Assembly: GCA_032654565.1 (NCBI GenBank) | Contig: JAULAX010000002.1 | Span: 1 to 64,000, forward strand | Direction of reading: 5' to 3' | Origin: Anaeromyxobacteraceae bacterium | GTDB lineage: Bacteria > Myxococcota > Myxococcia > Myxococcales > Anaeromyxobacteraceae | Length of the DNA stretch: 64,000 nt | Shown: positions 63,756 to 64,000 of the stretch, piece by piece | How positions within the stretch are numbered: the first letter of the stretch is position 1 | Layout: each line of letters begins with the position of its first letter | Notes under the pieces: generated by a model | What the model was told of the DNA's origin: nothing | Databases searched by the model: none | Seen by the model: only the letters and a program-made list of their open reading frames with translations | Position numbers and translations under genes: made by a program

Positions 63756-64000
63756 CTACTTCCGGGCGGCGTCGACGATGGCCTTGGCCGCGGTGACGTT
63801 GAGGTCGCGCGGGCAGACCTGCAGGTAGCGCTCCAGCCGGAGCCGGGCGGTGTCGCGGGCCTTCTGCGACTCCTCGTCACGCGCCCGCGCCGCCTCCCAG
63901 CCCATCTTGCCGGCGTTCCAGAGCCCGTCGCAGGAGGCCGGGTCCTTGTCCAGCGCCTTCACGTAGAGCGAGAAGACCAGGTCGGACTTCGAGCCGCGGG
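63756..64000 (-). CDS. C-terminal part of a TPR-like protein (partial)
   Basis: Open to the right edge; KALDKDPASCDGLWNAGKM...LERYLQVCP. Confidence 0.55.
   Translation of the reverse strand, partial: RGSKSDLVFSLYVKALDKDPASCDGLWNAGKMGWEAARARDEESQKARDTARLRLERYLQVCPRDLNVTAAKAIVDAARK

Overview
Very GC-rich (about 75% by eye) bacterial chromosomal segment. Gene content (AgmX/zinc-ribbon proteins, FYDLN protein, Cys-rich and NHL lipoproteins, ArsA pair next to PhaR, a Myxococcus-type SOS box) points to an Anaeromyxobacter-like member of Myxococcota. It carries about 58 CDS, mostly housekeeping or envelope genes: lpxC, ruvCAB, tatA, metY, metB-like, cysK, deoC, ttcA, ctaA-ctaB-DUF420, MATE and MFS transporters and several large lipoproteins. 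I found no rRNA, tRNA, CRISPR array, integrase or transposase. The left end (1-1730) looks like low-quality sequence, with a poly-G tract and several frameshifts. The most interesting signals are non-coding: (1) two damaged copies of a DUF222/HNH gene sharing a leader built as conserved block / 16-nt variable segment / conserved block, ending in a PafBC-like leaderless promoter; (2) a 178-bp hairpin MITE in two copies, one inserted into the shared CTAG stop codons of two convergent genes; (3) an att-like 67-bp duplication of the ruvA 3' end plus a 53-bp repeat bracketing cargo between ruvA and ruvB; (4) a palindromic operator, TCCGCTWWAGCGGA, at the cysK, metB-like and metY promoters; (5) two co-varying hairpins followed by a 25-aa hydrophobic sORF; (6) sigma54, LexA-like and Fur-like sites; and, among coding features, (7) a stand-alone nitrilase-fold orphan and a DUF885-cupin fusion. 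All product calls rest on motif recognition by eye; no database searches were run.
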